This document shows positions 40,469 to 49,947 of a stretch of 64,000 nucleotides of DNA, one piece after another. Below the pieces are notes generated by a model. The model saw only the letters and a list, made by a program, of their open reading frames with translations. It searched no databases and was not told the origin of the DNA. The stretch is from Candidatus Iainarchaeum sp. (GTDB taxonomy: Archaea; Iainarchaeota; Iainarchaeia; Iainarchaeales; UBA10191): contig JAUSFL010000008.1 in NCBI GenBank assembly GCA_030649735.1, positions 64,001 through 128,000 of the forward strand. The letters run 5' to 3'. Every line of letters starts with the position of its first letter. Position 1 is the first letter of the stretch. Both the position numbers and the translations under genes were made by a program.

Positions 40469-41395
40469 ATGATTGACATTTTCTTGATTGGCCTGACTAT
40501 TGTCGGCCTGATGGTTTTTGAGACTGTCTCTTCAATCGACAATGCAGTCGTGAATGCCGACGTGCTTAGGACAATGTCGCAAAAGGCCCGCAAGTGGTTT
40601 TTGCTTTGGGGCCTTTTGTTCGCGGTTTTTGTTGTTCGCGGAATACTGCCTTGGATTATTGTCTGGCTTTCAAACCCTTCATTGGGACCTGTTGGCGCAT
40701 TGACTGCAACATTCAGCTCTGACCCTGTTGTTTTGGAGGCAATTGAACAGTCAAAGCCAGTTCTTTTGATGGCTGGCGGAGTCTTCCTGGTTTTTTTGTT
40801 CTTTCACTGGCTTTTCCTGGAGGACAAAAATTTTGGCCTGCCTCACGAAAGGCATGTGCAAAAATACAGCATTTGGTTCTTTGCAGTGGTTTCAGTGCTG
40901 CTTGCATTGATTGTGTGGTTTTCAATACAGCAGAATCCAATGATGGCTTTTGGCGCTGTTGTTGGAAGCACTGCCTTTTTCATAACTCACGGCTTTAAGG
41001 AAAATGCAGAACAGCAGGAAAAGAATTTGGTAAAGGGAAGCGCGCACTTGAGTGACTTCAGCAAAATAATGTATTTGGAAGTCATTGACACCACTTTTTC
41101 AATTGACGGGGTTGTCGGCGCTTTTGCCTTCACAATGTCTGTTCCTTTGATAATAGTTGGAAACGGCCTTGGGGCATTGGTTGTAAGGCATTTTACAATA
41201 AGCAACATTGAAAACGTGAAAAAGTACAAGTTTTTGAAAAATGGGGCAATGTACTCTATTTTCTTTTTGGGAACCATAATGCTTTTGGAAAGCTTTGGCG
41301 CGCACATTCCGTCATTCATTTCTCCAGTATTGACTTTTGGAATCATTGGATACTTTTTCTGGAAGTCAAAGAAAGAGCTTGACAAGAAAGACTGA
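40469..41395 (+). CDS. DUF475 / TerC-like membrane protein
   Basis: SIDNAVVNA and LEVIDTTFSIDGVVGAFA motifs. Confidence 0.9.
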   Translation: MIDIFLIGLTIVGLMVFETVSSIDNAVVNADVLRTMSQKARKWFLLWGLLFAVFVVRGILPWIIVWLSNPSLGPVGALTATFSSDPVVLEAIEQSKPVLLMAGGVFLVFLFFHWLFLEDKNFGLPHERHVQKYSIWFFAVVSVLLALIVWFSIQQNPMMAFGAVVGSTAFFITHGFKENAEQQEKNLVKGSAHLSDFSKIMYLEVIDTTFSIDGVVGAFAFTMSVPLIIVGNGLGALVVRHFTISNIENVKKYKFLKNGAMYSIFFLGTIMLLESFGAHIPSFISPVLTFGIIGYFFWKSKKELDKKD

Positions 41396-41397
41396 TT

Positions 41398-42423
41398 TTA
41401 TTCCTTGAATTTTTCAAGGAAATTCCAGGCGAGAATTTTGTAAGCCAGCAAAGCTGCCTTTTGCTCGCTTTGCGTGCTTCCTGTAATCGGAGAGACTTCG
41501 TTGATGTCAAATCCCAGAAGTTTAATTTTGTTCTTTTTGCAATAGCTTATGACTGTGTAAAGCATTTCTTCCGCGCTTTGCAGGCTCAAGCCGTGCGGCA
41601 GTGGAGTTCCAGTGCCTGGCATTTCTGAAGCATCCAATGCGTCAACGTCAAAAGTAATGTACAAGTATGGGGTTTGGATTTGCTTGCAAATCTTTCCAAG
41701 CTGGTGCTTGCTTGGCCTGCATTTCCATAAAACATTCTCTTCATTTATCCACGCGCAGTCTTTCAATTCATTCTCATAATACTGCTCTGGCATTGTCGGG
41801 CAGTAGTAAATCCAGTTCTCAATGCTTGCTTCCTTGATGTACTCTATTTCTTCAGCCCCGATGTGGTCCCTGATTCCAACTTGAATTGCATTAAATCCCA
41901 GTTCTCTTGCATTGCGCATTATTGAAGCATGCGAAAACCTTTGGCAATCATATTCCTTGCGCAAATCCAAGTGCGCGTCAAACTGCAATACAGTTACGGT
42001 TTTCGGACTGTAAATTTCACTCATTGCCTTGAAAGCCCCGTTAGGTATTGAATGCTCTCCGCCAAAAAGCGCGAGCAATTTTCCATGCTCTAATGCATTC
42101 TTTGAAAAGTTTTGCACATCAGCAACCATTCCATCCATTGCCTTGCAGACTTTCTTTCCAGAAACTTTAGGATATGCCAAAATTCCTGCATTGTGAATTT
42201 TAACAAATTCAGTCAGGCTTTTTCCAAAAACAGGCAGTTCATACTCGATTTGATATGAAGCATCAATCAATGCCTTTGGGCCATTGCAGGTTCCCTTGCA
42301 GTAAGAAGCAGTCAAGTCAACGGCCACGCCCAATAATGCAACTTGCGCCTCATTGAATGACGGGTTTTTTTCATTGTCCAGGAAAGTCGCTTTTGCTTTT
42401 TTCAAAGTTCCGGAAAATTTCAT
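41398..42423 (-). CDS. speB: Agmatinase / arginase-family ureohydrolase
   Basis: GGEHS, DAHLD, SHA, DVDALD, PGTGTP. Confidence 0.9.
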   Translation of the reverse strand: MKFSGTLKKAKATFLDNEKNPSFNEAQVALLGVAVDLTASYCKGTCNGPKALIDASYQIEYELPVFGKSLTEFVKIHNAGILAYPKVSGKKVCKAMDGMVADVQNFSKNALEHGKLLALFGGEHSIPNGAFKAMSEIYSPKTVTVLQFDAHLDLRKEYDCQRFSHASIMRNARELGFNAIQVGIRDHIGAEEIEYIKEASIENWIYYCPTMPEQYYENELKDCAWINEENVLWKCRPSKHQLGKICKQIQTPYLYITFDVDALDASEMPGTGTPLPHGLSLQSAEEMLYTVISYCKKNKIKLLGFDINEVSPITGSTQSEQKAALLAYKILAWNFLEKFKE

Positions 42424-43514
42424 TACTTTTCCTTCTTTTTCTCGGCTTGCCTTTTCTTCATTAAAGTGTCATAGAATTCGTTCTTCTTGTCAAACAGTCT
42501 CTTGTGCTCGCGTGGCTTGCATTCTTCAAGCACATAGCCCACAAGCAATGGAGCAATTACGCTGTATTCCCCCCAAATTTGCACAAGGCCTTTAGTGGCG
42601 TCCTTGTATTTTCCCCAAGTGACTGCCTCGGAAAAAGTGCAGCCGCTTAAGCCGCCGTCTCTCTCAAATGCAGTGGTAACTTGAATTCCGCGGTCTGCTC
42701 CTTCAAAATTCACTCCTAAAATCTGGTTTAGTGTTGGAGCAAGGGTCTGGATCCAGTTCTTTGGGCCTCCGCCGCCCAATTCAAAAAACCCTAATTGCGG
42801 GCTGTTGAAAACAATTGACGCGCCTTCAAGCATGCTTCTTGAAGGGCTCATGTCAACATTAAAGCCGTCGGCAAACAAGTCTGCATTGTTCATTCCAATC
42901 GAATGGTTTGATTCAGAATCCAAAAACAATGGAACTCCATGTTTTGCCGCTGCAGCAACCCAGGAATTCTCTGGCTTTGGCGCATTCTCCAAAATGTACT
43001 TTCCCCACGCATTGCAGTAATCAGCGCTGGAGCGGATTTGGTCAGGCTTTAAGGTTTTTGCAAACTTCCTGAAAATCTCGTCTTGGTCCATTAAAGTCTC
43101 TTCCATTCGAATGTTAATGTCATAAATTCTAGTGGTTCCGTCAGCGTCCATTGCATTATCGTCAACTTTTGGACTGCCTTGCACTACTGGCAGGTCAAAG
43201 GCAAAATGCCCGTCATGGTACACTTGCGCTCCAGTAGAGCAAATTGCGTCAACAAATCCTGCATTAATCAAGTCAATAATGTAGCCGCCCATGCCGCCTA
43301 CAGGCCCTGCGCCTGAAACTCCAAGCCATACAGTGTCTCCAGAATCAACCATGTACTTGAACAGTTTTGCGCCTGCAAAAACATTCCTTGCTTCAAAGCA
43401 AGTAGCGCCAAAGTTTTCAATAATGTCTGCAATTCCTGCCTTTGGCTTCCAATGCACTGGCTCTATCTTCCTGCCTTGCATGAACTTGCTGTGCTTCCAG
43501 TCAGAGTGCTTCAT
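42423..43514 (-). CDS. Deoxyhypusine-synthase-family protein
   Basis: STGA, RIYD, GGGGPKN, GGLSG..SEAVTWGK with catalytic Lys; start placed at MKHSDW. Confidence 0.9.
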   Translation of the reverse strand: MKHSDWKHSKFMQGRKIEPVHWKPKAGIADIIENFGATCFEARNVFAGAKLFKYMVDSGDTVWLGVSGAGPVGGMGGYIIDLINAGFVDAICSTGAQVYHDGHFAFDLPVVQGSPKVDDNAMDADGTTRIYDINIRMEETLMDQDEIFRKFAKTLKPDQIRSSADYCNAWGKYILENAPKPENSWVAAAAKHGVPLFLDSESNHSIGMNNADLFADGFNVDMSPSRSMLEGASIVFNSPQLGFFELGGGGPKNWIQTLAPTLNQILGVNFEGADRGIQVTTAFERDGGLSGCTFSEAVTWGKYKDATKGLVQIWGEYSVIAPLLVGYVLEECKPREHKRLFDKKNEFYDTLMKKRQAEKKKEK

Positions 43515-43612
43515 AAAGCATTCTAGAAGCATAAAGCCTTTAAAACTTACAATTAGCAAGCCTGCTTTGGAAACCAATAGTCTTTATTACCAGCTTGAAC
43601 TAATTCTTTCAA

Positions 43613-44383
43613 ATGACAAACCTTGTCTTAAGCGCTTGCCTTCTTTTGTTTTTGGCATTGCTGGCCACCGGCTGTATTGAAAGCAATGAAAGCGGCAAGT
43701 ATTTTGAAATAGTCCTGCAAGACCCTTACTGTAATGGCTCTGCCTGCTTTGACGAACTGCTTTTTTTGGAAGACGGGCTTGTTTTGAAAAAGCAGCAAAT
43801 CCAAGGCAATGATTACACAGTTTCCTTCTGCCAAACCACGCCGTCAGAATTCAATTCATTGCTTTCTGAAATCGCCAAAGGCTTGAAAGCAAGCAGGTTT
43901 GAAGAATGCAATTCTTGTGCAAAATACCATTTGTTCTACAATGACGGCAAAGAATCAAAATACTCTAGCGTTAAGGCCGAGTCAGCGGCTTTTGAAAAGC
44001 AAGTCTTTGCAAAAGCGCAAAAGCTTTGCGCAATGCCATCAAATGCAGAATTATTTCATGTTATCTCCGGCAAAGGCAATTCTTTCAAAGACTATCACGT
44101 TTTCTCCAATGGAATTGTTGTTTTTGAAAAGTTCGGAATGAAAGACGGCGAACTCTTGGAGTCAAAGGTTTCAATGCTCAAGGCAGGAGAATTTGAAGAA
44201 TTGAAAAAGCAAATTCCTGCAAAATCTTTCGAGACCGAAACTTTAGACAATTGCCCTGCCAATGGATTCTTTTACGGTTTTGTTGAAGCAAAGCTTAGCG
44301 ATAATTATGATTATGCTTTCACTTGCGGGGACAGCACGCCTAAAGGAATCGCATTCCAGAATCTTGCGGGGCGGTTTTCTTGA
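43613..44383 (+). CDS. Putative lipoprotein with two internally repeated Cys-containing domains
   Basis: LATGC lipobox; similar halves (LFLEDGLV..SEFNSL / VFSNGIV..GEFEEL). Confidence 0.75.
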   Translation: MTNLVLSACLLLFLALLATGCIESNESGKYFEIVLQDPYCNGSACFDELLFLEDGLVLKKQQIQGNDYTVSFCQTTPSEFNSLLSEIAKGLKASRFEECNSCAKYHLFYNDGKESKYSSVKAESAAFEKQVFAKAQKLCAMPSNAELFHVISGKGNSFKDYHVFSNGIVVFEKFGMKDGELLESKVSMLKAGEFEELKKQIPAKSFETETLDNCPANGFFYGFVEAKLSDNYDYAFTCGDSTPKGIAFQNLAGRFS

Positions 44384-45246
44384 AAGAAAAATTTTTCACT
44401 GCATTGGCATTGATTTTTGCAGCGGGCTTTGCAAGCGCGATAGTGATAATTCCGCCAGTTGTTTATGTTGCGACAATTTCAATTCTTTCAATAATATTCA
44501 ACATGATTGCCGGGTTTTTCTGCTGGCTGGCAATTCAAGGAATTGCCTCGAAAACAGTTTTTGGCAAAAAGCTTGACTCTGTCTTGGAAACAGCAATTCC
44601 AGTTTTTGGAAAAATTCTTTTTGCACTCTTGCTTACTGTAGTCTTTTCCTTCTTTTTTTCGCCTTCAGGCATTCAAGAAATCCTGCTTGCTTCAGCAGCA
44701 ATTACTCTAGTGTTTTTTCTGGCATTACTTTTGTCAAACTATAGGCAAATCAGAAACTCTCCAGAAAAAGGCAGGAAGCAATTCCCCAGCATTGCTGTTT
44801 CAAGCATTCTGGTTTTTGCAATAGTTTCAGCGTCAATTTTCTTCTCAGTCACTTTTGCTCCAATAAGCCAAGCCCAAAGGCCATTGCTTGATGATTCTGC
44901 ATTTGGAGTTTCAAAATCACAATCAGCTCCTGCTGAATCAATCTCTAGGCCTTCAACAGATTCAGAAAAAAATTATTTAACGAATGAATTGTGGCTTGTT
45001 CCTTCAAGCATTGAAGCCTGCAAGCTTTCAGTCAATGGCATAGAACAATTCTCTTTTACTCCTTCAAAGAATTGCTTTGAAAGAACCGCGAGCGGATTTG
45101 AAAAGACATTTTGCCCAATAAAAATCACTCCAGCGCTTTTCGAAAGCCTTGGCGAAACCATGGAGCTTTCTGCTTCTGGAAGCTGTTCTGGAAAGCTTTC
45201 AGCAAAAATCTCCAACAACCAGTTTGAGGTTTTGGGTAATGAATGA
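44380..45246 (+). CDS. Membrane protein with Cys-containing C-terminal soluble domain
   Basis: About 5 TM helices; start overlaps the upstream stop codon. Confidence 0.7.
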   Translation: MKEKFFTALALIFAAGFASAIVIIPPVVYVATISILSIIFNMIAGFFCWLAIQGIASKTVFGKKLDSVLETAIPVFGKILFALLLTVVFSFFFSPSGIQEILLASAAITLVFFLALLLSNYRQIRNSPEKGRKQFPSIAVSSILVFAIVSASIFFSVTFAPISQAQRPLLDDSAFGVSKSQSAPAESISRPSTDSEKNYLTNELWLVPSSIEACKLSVNGIEQFSFTPSKNCFERTASGFEKTFCPIKITPALFESLGETMELSASGSCSGKLSAKISNNQFEVLGNE

Positions 45247-46708
45247 AAAAGCCACACCAGATGCAATTATGGCCCGCGAAGAGCGAAGAGTTTTTGCAGG
45301 GAATTGGAAGCCTTGGGCAATGAATGAAAGTATAATGGCGGAGATTTTTCAAGCAGCCAAAGCGCAGGAGCTTTTTGCAGGAAAAACAATTGTTTTTGAA
45401 AAGAACGAAAACTCTACTTTAGGCCAGAAAGTGAAGCCTTGCAGCACTGAATTCTTTGAACTGCTTTTCAACAGGGATTACTGGCAATTCCATGCAAGCC
45501 TTGGGCTTTCAGGAATTCCGTTCAAAAGCAATTACGCAAGCTTTGTTTCCAGCGAGCTCTTGTTCTGCAAAAACACTGAAAGAAGATTTCTTGACATTGT
45601 TGGATTTGAAAAAGAGTTCAGAATTTCCAAGGCGGGGCAAATCATTGAGGCAACGCCAATCAGCTTGGCAAATATGATGTTTGCAATTGCAATGCCTTTC
45701 GAGCTCGCGCGCAATTCAGCAAGCGTTTCAATTTCCGCATTCAAGATTAATTCAATGCTTGATTCTTTCGAAAGGCATTTCCAGGATTCAATGCACTTTT
45801 GGGAGCAAAACCAGGTTCCGCAAAACCCTGCAGAAATTGCAAAGCAAGCCATTGAAGGCGCGTTGCAGTCAATGAATTATTCCCTTGCATCCTCTATTGC
45901 GGCTTCCCTTAAAATTGGCTTGAAGAACTGCTTTGCGACAAAAAACAGCATTTTGGAAAACGCGATCGCTTCAGCGAATTCAAAATCTTTTGAAGAAACC
46001 TCAAGCGAGTTCGGGTTTTTCTCGCTGACTCCTTACGATGTTTCAATGCCTTTTCTTTCAGAAAGCAAGGAAGTTTTTGGGCTCTTGAAACAACTTCCAG
46101 CCCCTAAAGGAAAGCATTACCTCCTGCGCGAAAACTCAAGGCTTTGCGCTGCAATGCACTTGTCAGTTCTCCGCAATTGCTTTCTGCAAACAGCAAAGCG
46201 CACAATAATTGACGACCTTGCATTTTACCTAAAGCCTTCAGAGCTTTCGCTTGCTTTCTCCAATACCGCAAGCGCGAGAAAGCTTTGCCTTGAAAGGAAA
46301 GAAAAGCACTTGCTGGATTCTAAAGAGCTATTACCGAAAAGAATCGCATTCTTTGAAGGCAAGGCATTCTTTGAAGGAATTAAGGAAAGCAGCGAAATTT
46401 CCGGGTTGGGTGTTGGCGCGCAAAAGACAGCAAAAGGCAGGCTTGTTTTTGTCAAAGGCCCTGAAGACTTTGAGAAAGTCAAAAAAGGAGACATTATTTT
46501 CAGCAAAAACTTTTCCCCAGAGCTTGTAGTGTTCTACAGCAAATGCTCTGCTGTATTGAGCGAGAATGGAAGCATGCTTTCGCATAGCGCGATTGTCGCG
46601 CGCGAGCAAGACTTGCCGTGCATTGTGCAATTGAAAGGCTTGCAGTTATTGAAGGAAAACTCAATTGTGGAAATTAACGGAAAAACAGGAAAAGTCAAAA
46701 CCCAGTAG
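45239..46708 (+). CDS. Protein with C-terminal PEP-utilizer mobile (phospho-His) domain only
   Basis: ISGLG..AKG, KKGDII, ENGSMLSHSAIVAREQDLPCIV, INGKTG. Confidence 0.82.
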   Translation: MNEKATPDAIMAREERRVFAGNWKPWAMNESIMAEIFQAAKAQELFAGKTIVFEKNENSTLGQKVKPCSTEFFELLFNRDYWQFHASLGLSGIPFKSNYASFVSSELLFCKNTERRFLDIVGFEKEFRISKAGQIIEATPISLANMMFAIAMPFELARNSASVSISAFKINSMLDSFERHFQDSMHFWEQNQVPQNPAEIAKQAIEGALQSMNYSLASSIAASLKIGLKNCFATKNSILENAIASANSKSFEETSSEFGFFSLTPYDVSMPFLSESKEVFGLLKQLPAPKGKHYLLRENSRLCAAMHLSVLRNCFLQTAKRTIIDDLAFYLKPSELSLAFSNTASARKLCLERKEKHLLDSKELLPKRIAFFEGKAFFEGIKESSEISGLGVGAQKTAKGRLVFVKGPEDFEKVKKGDIIFSKNFSPELVVFYSKCSAVLSENGSMLSHSAIVAREQDLPCIVQLKGLQLLKENSIVEINGKTGKVKTQ

Positions 46709-46757
46709 GCGCTTTAAGCTGCAAAAAGCTTATTTATCTGGAAAACTTAATTCTTTC

Positions 46758-46934
46758 ATGGAATTGCTCACAAAGCTTTTTGAAATAAGGCTTGCTAAAA
46801 GCGCAAGCCTTCAAGACTTGATTGAAACTTATTTTTCAAAAAATCTCGCGCGTAATGAAACAAGGCTTCGCTATTTCATTGTCTCGTCAGGAAAGAAAAG
46901 CCTGAAAGTCGAGGCAACATTTTTGAGGGAGTGA
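46758..46934 (+). CDS. Small hypothetical protein (58 aa) co-transcribed with the DUF3326 gene
   Basis: TATA-like TTATTTAT about 20 nt upstream; ends 6 nt before the next gene. Confidence 0.6.
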   Translation: MELLTKLFEIRLAKSASLQDLIETYFSKNLARNETRLRYFIVSSGKKSLKVEATFLRE

Positions 46935-46940
46935 AATTCT

Positions 46941-48008
46941 TTGGAAGAAAAATTCATTGCAGTCCACGTTGTTCCCACCGGAATTGGAGCAAGCATTGGC
47001 GGTTTTGTCGGAGACGCTGTTCCAGCAAACAACTTATTGGCAAGCGTTTGCGACAATTTGATAATGCACCCTAATGTCGTGAATGGCGTTGCATTGAATC
47101 TCATGCGCGAAAACTGTTATTACGTTGAAGGGTTTTTCCTTGATTCTTTCTTTCTAGAAAAAATCGCATTAAGGCAGGTATTCTCCAACAAAATTGGAAT
47201 AGTCCTGGATTCTGGCTGCAAGGACAAGGAAGCATTGGACTTGGCAATGAACACTATTGACGCAATCCGCACAAACAAGGGAATTCAAGTCATTGACATT
47301 TTGGAAACTGAAAAAGCCGTTGGCGGAAAATCACTCCGCACTAAATCCGGCGCCTTTTTGGGAACAGTCGCAAATGCAGAAGCATTCATCAAGCCAGCGC
47401 TAAAGCTTAAAGAGAAAGGCGCTTCAGCAATTGCTTTGGCAACTTACATTACAGTTGAAGAAAAATACCTTTCGCTTTACTTTAAGGGAAAAGGCCCAAA
47501 CCCTTACGGCGGCCTTGAAGCATTGATTTCTCACGCGACTTCATTCAAAACGCGCCTGCCTTGCGCTCACGCTCCGTTGGTTTCAACAAAGGAAATAAAG
47601 CGTTTCATGTTTGCAGGAATCGTGGACCCGCGTGCCGCGGCAGAAGCAATAGGTCCTGCATACTTGGGCTGTGTTCTTCAAGGCCTTAGGAAAGCCCCGC
47701 AGGCAATTCCAAAATTCAAGGCAGAAGACACTGACATAAAGCTTGAGAACATCAGTGCTTTAGTGTGCCCTGCAGAAGCAATGGGCGGAATTCCAATGCT
47801 CGCGTGCGAAAAAAAAGGCATTCCAATAATTGGCGTGAAAGAAAACAAGACAGTGCTTAAAGTCTCGGCAAAATCGCTTGGCTTGAAGAACGCAGTAATA
47901 GTCGACAATTACTTGGAAGCAGCAGGAGTTCTTGCTGCATTAAAGGAAGGCATTGACATAAAGTCAGTCCGCAGGCCTTTCCCGAAACTCGCATTCCACA
48001 AAAAATGA
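46941..48008 (+). CDS. DUF3326-family protein
   Basis: VPTGIGASIGGFVGDA, HPNVVNG, YVEG, EALISH, AHAP, DPRAAAE. Confidence 0.88.
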   Translation: MEEKFIAVHVVPTGIGASIGGFVGDAVPANNLLASVCDNLIMHPNVVNGVALNLMRENCYYVEGFFLDSFFLEKIALRQVFSNKIGIVLDSGCKDKEALDLAMNTIDAIRTNKGIQVIDILETEKAVGGKSLRTKSGAFLGTVANAEAFIKPALKLKEKGASAIALATYITVEEKYLSLYFKGKGPNPYGGLEALISHATSFKTRLPCAHAPLVSTKEIKRFMFAGIVDPRAAAEAIGPAYLGCVLQGLRKAPQAIPKFKAEDTDIKLENISALVCPAEAMGGIPMLACEKKGIPIIGVKENKTVLKVSAKSLGLKNAVIVDNYLEAAGVLAALKEGIDIKSVRRPFPKLAFHKK

Positions 48009-48055
48009 AATTCTCGTCTCCCAACTCTCAAGAGCGGGTGTGAAGCCATAATTGA

Positions 48056-48925
48056 CTATTTTTTTGTCGGGAGCGGCAAAGAGATTTTCATTTGTTTTTC
48101 AGTCACCACTTTGCCAAAAAAGTCATAGCCCGCAATGCTCAAAACTTGTTCTCCTGCCACAAATACGTTTGAATAGCCATAAACGCAAAATGTTCCAGTG
48201 CCGTGTTCAATCCAGCTCTTTGCAGGATTTCCTTCCAAGTTCACTATTCCAACTCCATCCGTGACTTCTTTGCCGCCTACATTGATTGGGAGCTTTTGTA
48301 GATTTGCTGGCAAATTTCCATCGTTCACAAAGTTTACGCATGCATTTTGCAGCGCATTTCCCCAGTATTCAGAATAGAACCATTTAGGTCCTATTTTTTC
48401 AATCCTGACATTGGCGTCTGATACTATCAAGTCTTTTTCAAATATCACGACATCATCATCTTTCATAATTATTTTGTATGTTCCGGCTGGCGGAATAGCA
48501 TACTTGCCATCAGTCATAGTCATTGAACTATAATCGCAAGAACCTGCAGAAGTGCTAGATTCATCCATTATGTTCCCTTCAGGATCTATCAAACTTACCC
48601 CAAATCTTTCAAAATTCTGTTTGGATGTTTTAGTCGAGCAATACTTAATTATCATAAGGACATAGCTATCGCCACCAATAATATTCCAGCTAGTGAGTTC
48701 AACTGTGGGCCTTGGTTCTTCTATGGGCTTGGAAGGCTCAACAGATCCGTCGGGCAAGGCTGCAGGCTCAAGCCCTGATGTAGGTTGGTTAGTTGTTTCA
48801 GGCCCTGTCTGATTGGCTTTGTTGCCCGCATTTTGCGATGCGCAGCCGCTGATAAAAAGAATGCCAATAAATAGAATCAGCAATGAAAAATGGTTCGCTT
48901 TGTTTTGAACGAATTCTAATTTCAT
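48056..48925 (-). CDS. Putative lipoprotein, hypothetical
   Basis: FISGC lipobox, Pro-rich linker, beta-rich body. Confidence 0.75.
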   Translation of the reverse strand: MKLEFVQNKANHFSLLILFIGILFISGCASQNAGNKANQTGPETTNQPTSGLEPAALPDGSVEPSKPIEEPRPTVELTSWNIIGGDSYVLMIIKYCSTKTSKQNFERFGVSLIDPEGNIMDESSTSAGSCDYSSMTMTDGKYAIPPAGTYKIIMKDDDVVIFEKDLIVSDANVRIEKIGPKWFYSEYWGNALQNACVNFVNDGNLPANLQKLPINVGGKEVTDGVGIVNLEGNPAKSWIEHGTGTFCVYGYSNVFVAGEQVLSIAGYDFFGKVVTEKQMKISLPLPTKK

Positions 48926-49125
48926 ACTGGTATAATCATTCGAGAGTATATTAATTTTGGCTTTTCCTGTTTGAATTATCGCTCAAATGAGTTTGCTTGT
49001 TTAATCTAGCGATAACCATTAGCCATTAGAACAGATTTGTAATTGCTGGTGTATTCCCGCCGCCCAACTTCCGGCTGGGAGTGTAAATCTGGGGGGTATT
49101 TAAATTATTTGAAGTTATTTTTTTT

Positions 49126-49755
49126 GTGCCTAAAAGAATTTTCAAGAAACCAACAAAATTGCGCGGCGAAAGAGCCATTAAGAAAAGCCATCTGAGGATT
49201 CTTGCCGACTTGGATCGGGCCAAAGGCAAGCAGGACATTAAACAAATTGTTTCCAACTGGATGCGCAACAAGACTGCTGAGCAAAGGCAATTGCTGCAAA
49301 AATTAGAGCGGGAAAGAGTCGCAAAGGGCAAACGTTCTCGTGAAGAAGGAGCAAGGCTTGCTAAAGAAATTGACCAATTATACACTTTAGGAAAACAAGC
49401 AGGGCTCATGGTTTTTGGAATTGGCGGCACACTAAGCAGAATCCATTACGGCAACAGGCTTAATGCCTTAATAAGCTACAGGAACAATTGTGCAACCTTA
49501 ATTTCAGCGTTAGAACTAATTAAAGAGAAAAAACTGGCTTACTCTGGCATGCTTTCCAAGGAAGAAAGAATACGATATTTTAGAGACTTGCCAATGCCGC
49601 CGCAAGCCGAACTTGAAATGCTTGAAGAGTATTTGGGAGCAGTTCAAAAAATAGTTGAAATGACTGAAAGAGAACCAGAATCCAAACAATGGGATCAACT
49701 GACTATTGCTTTGAATACTTGCCTATTAGCATTGTCAAAAAAACACGGGGTCTGA
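49126..49755 (+). CDS. Orphan basic helical protein with MPKRIFKKP N-terminus
   Basis: GTG start about 21 nt after a TTTAAA box; converges on tRNA-Tyr. Confidence 0.7.
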   Translation: MPKRIFKKPTKLRGERAIKKSHLRILADLDRAKGKQDIKQIVSNWMRNKTAEQRQLLQKLERERVAKGKRSREEGARLAKEIDQLYTLGKQAGLMVFGIGGTLSRIHYGNRLNALISYRNNCATLISALELIKEKKLAYSGMLSKEERIRYFRDLPMPPQAELEMLEEYLGAVQKIVEMTEREPESKQWDQLTIALNTCLLALSKKHGV

Positions 49756-49764
49756 TAATAAGTT

Positions 49765-49901
49765 TCCCGCCTCCCAGATTTGCACTGGGGACCTTCCGGT
49801 TCCCGCGCCCAGTCCATTTTGGAAAGGGCCAAAGGCATCAGAAAAATTTCTGACGTTCTAATTCTACAGCCGGACGCTCTAACTAACTGAGCTAAGGCAG
49901 G
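49765..49901 (-). tRNA. tRNA-Tyr(GUA) with 63-nt intron at 37/38 (49801-49863)
   Basis: C1-G72 acceptor CCTGCCT/AGGCGGG, A73, stem TCCGG/CCGGA; central helix CTGT/GCGG with bulges. Confidence 0.92.
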
Positions 49902-49947
49902 GTTTTCAAATTGAAAACTGCTGACAAAAGAGTGTGAAGAATTGCTT

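Noticed and set aside
49032-49096. HDV-like (theta) ribozyme
   Set aside because: CCGGCTGGG resembles HDV, but a P1/P1.1/P2/P3/P4 nested pseudoknot could not be built on either strand
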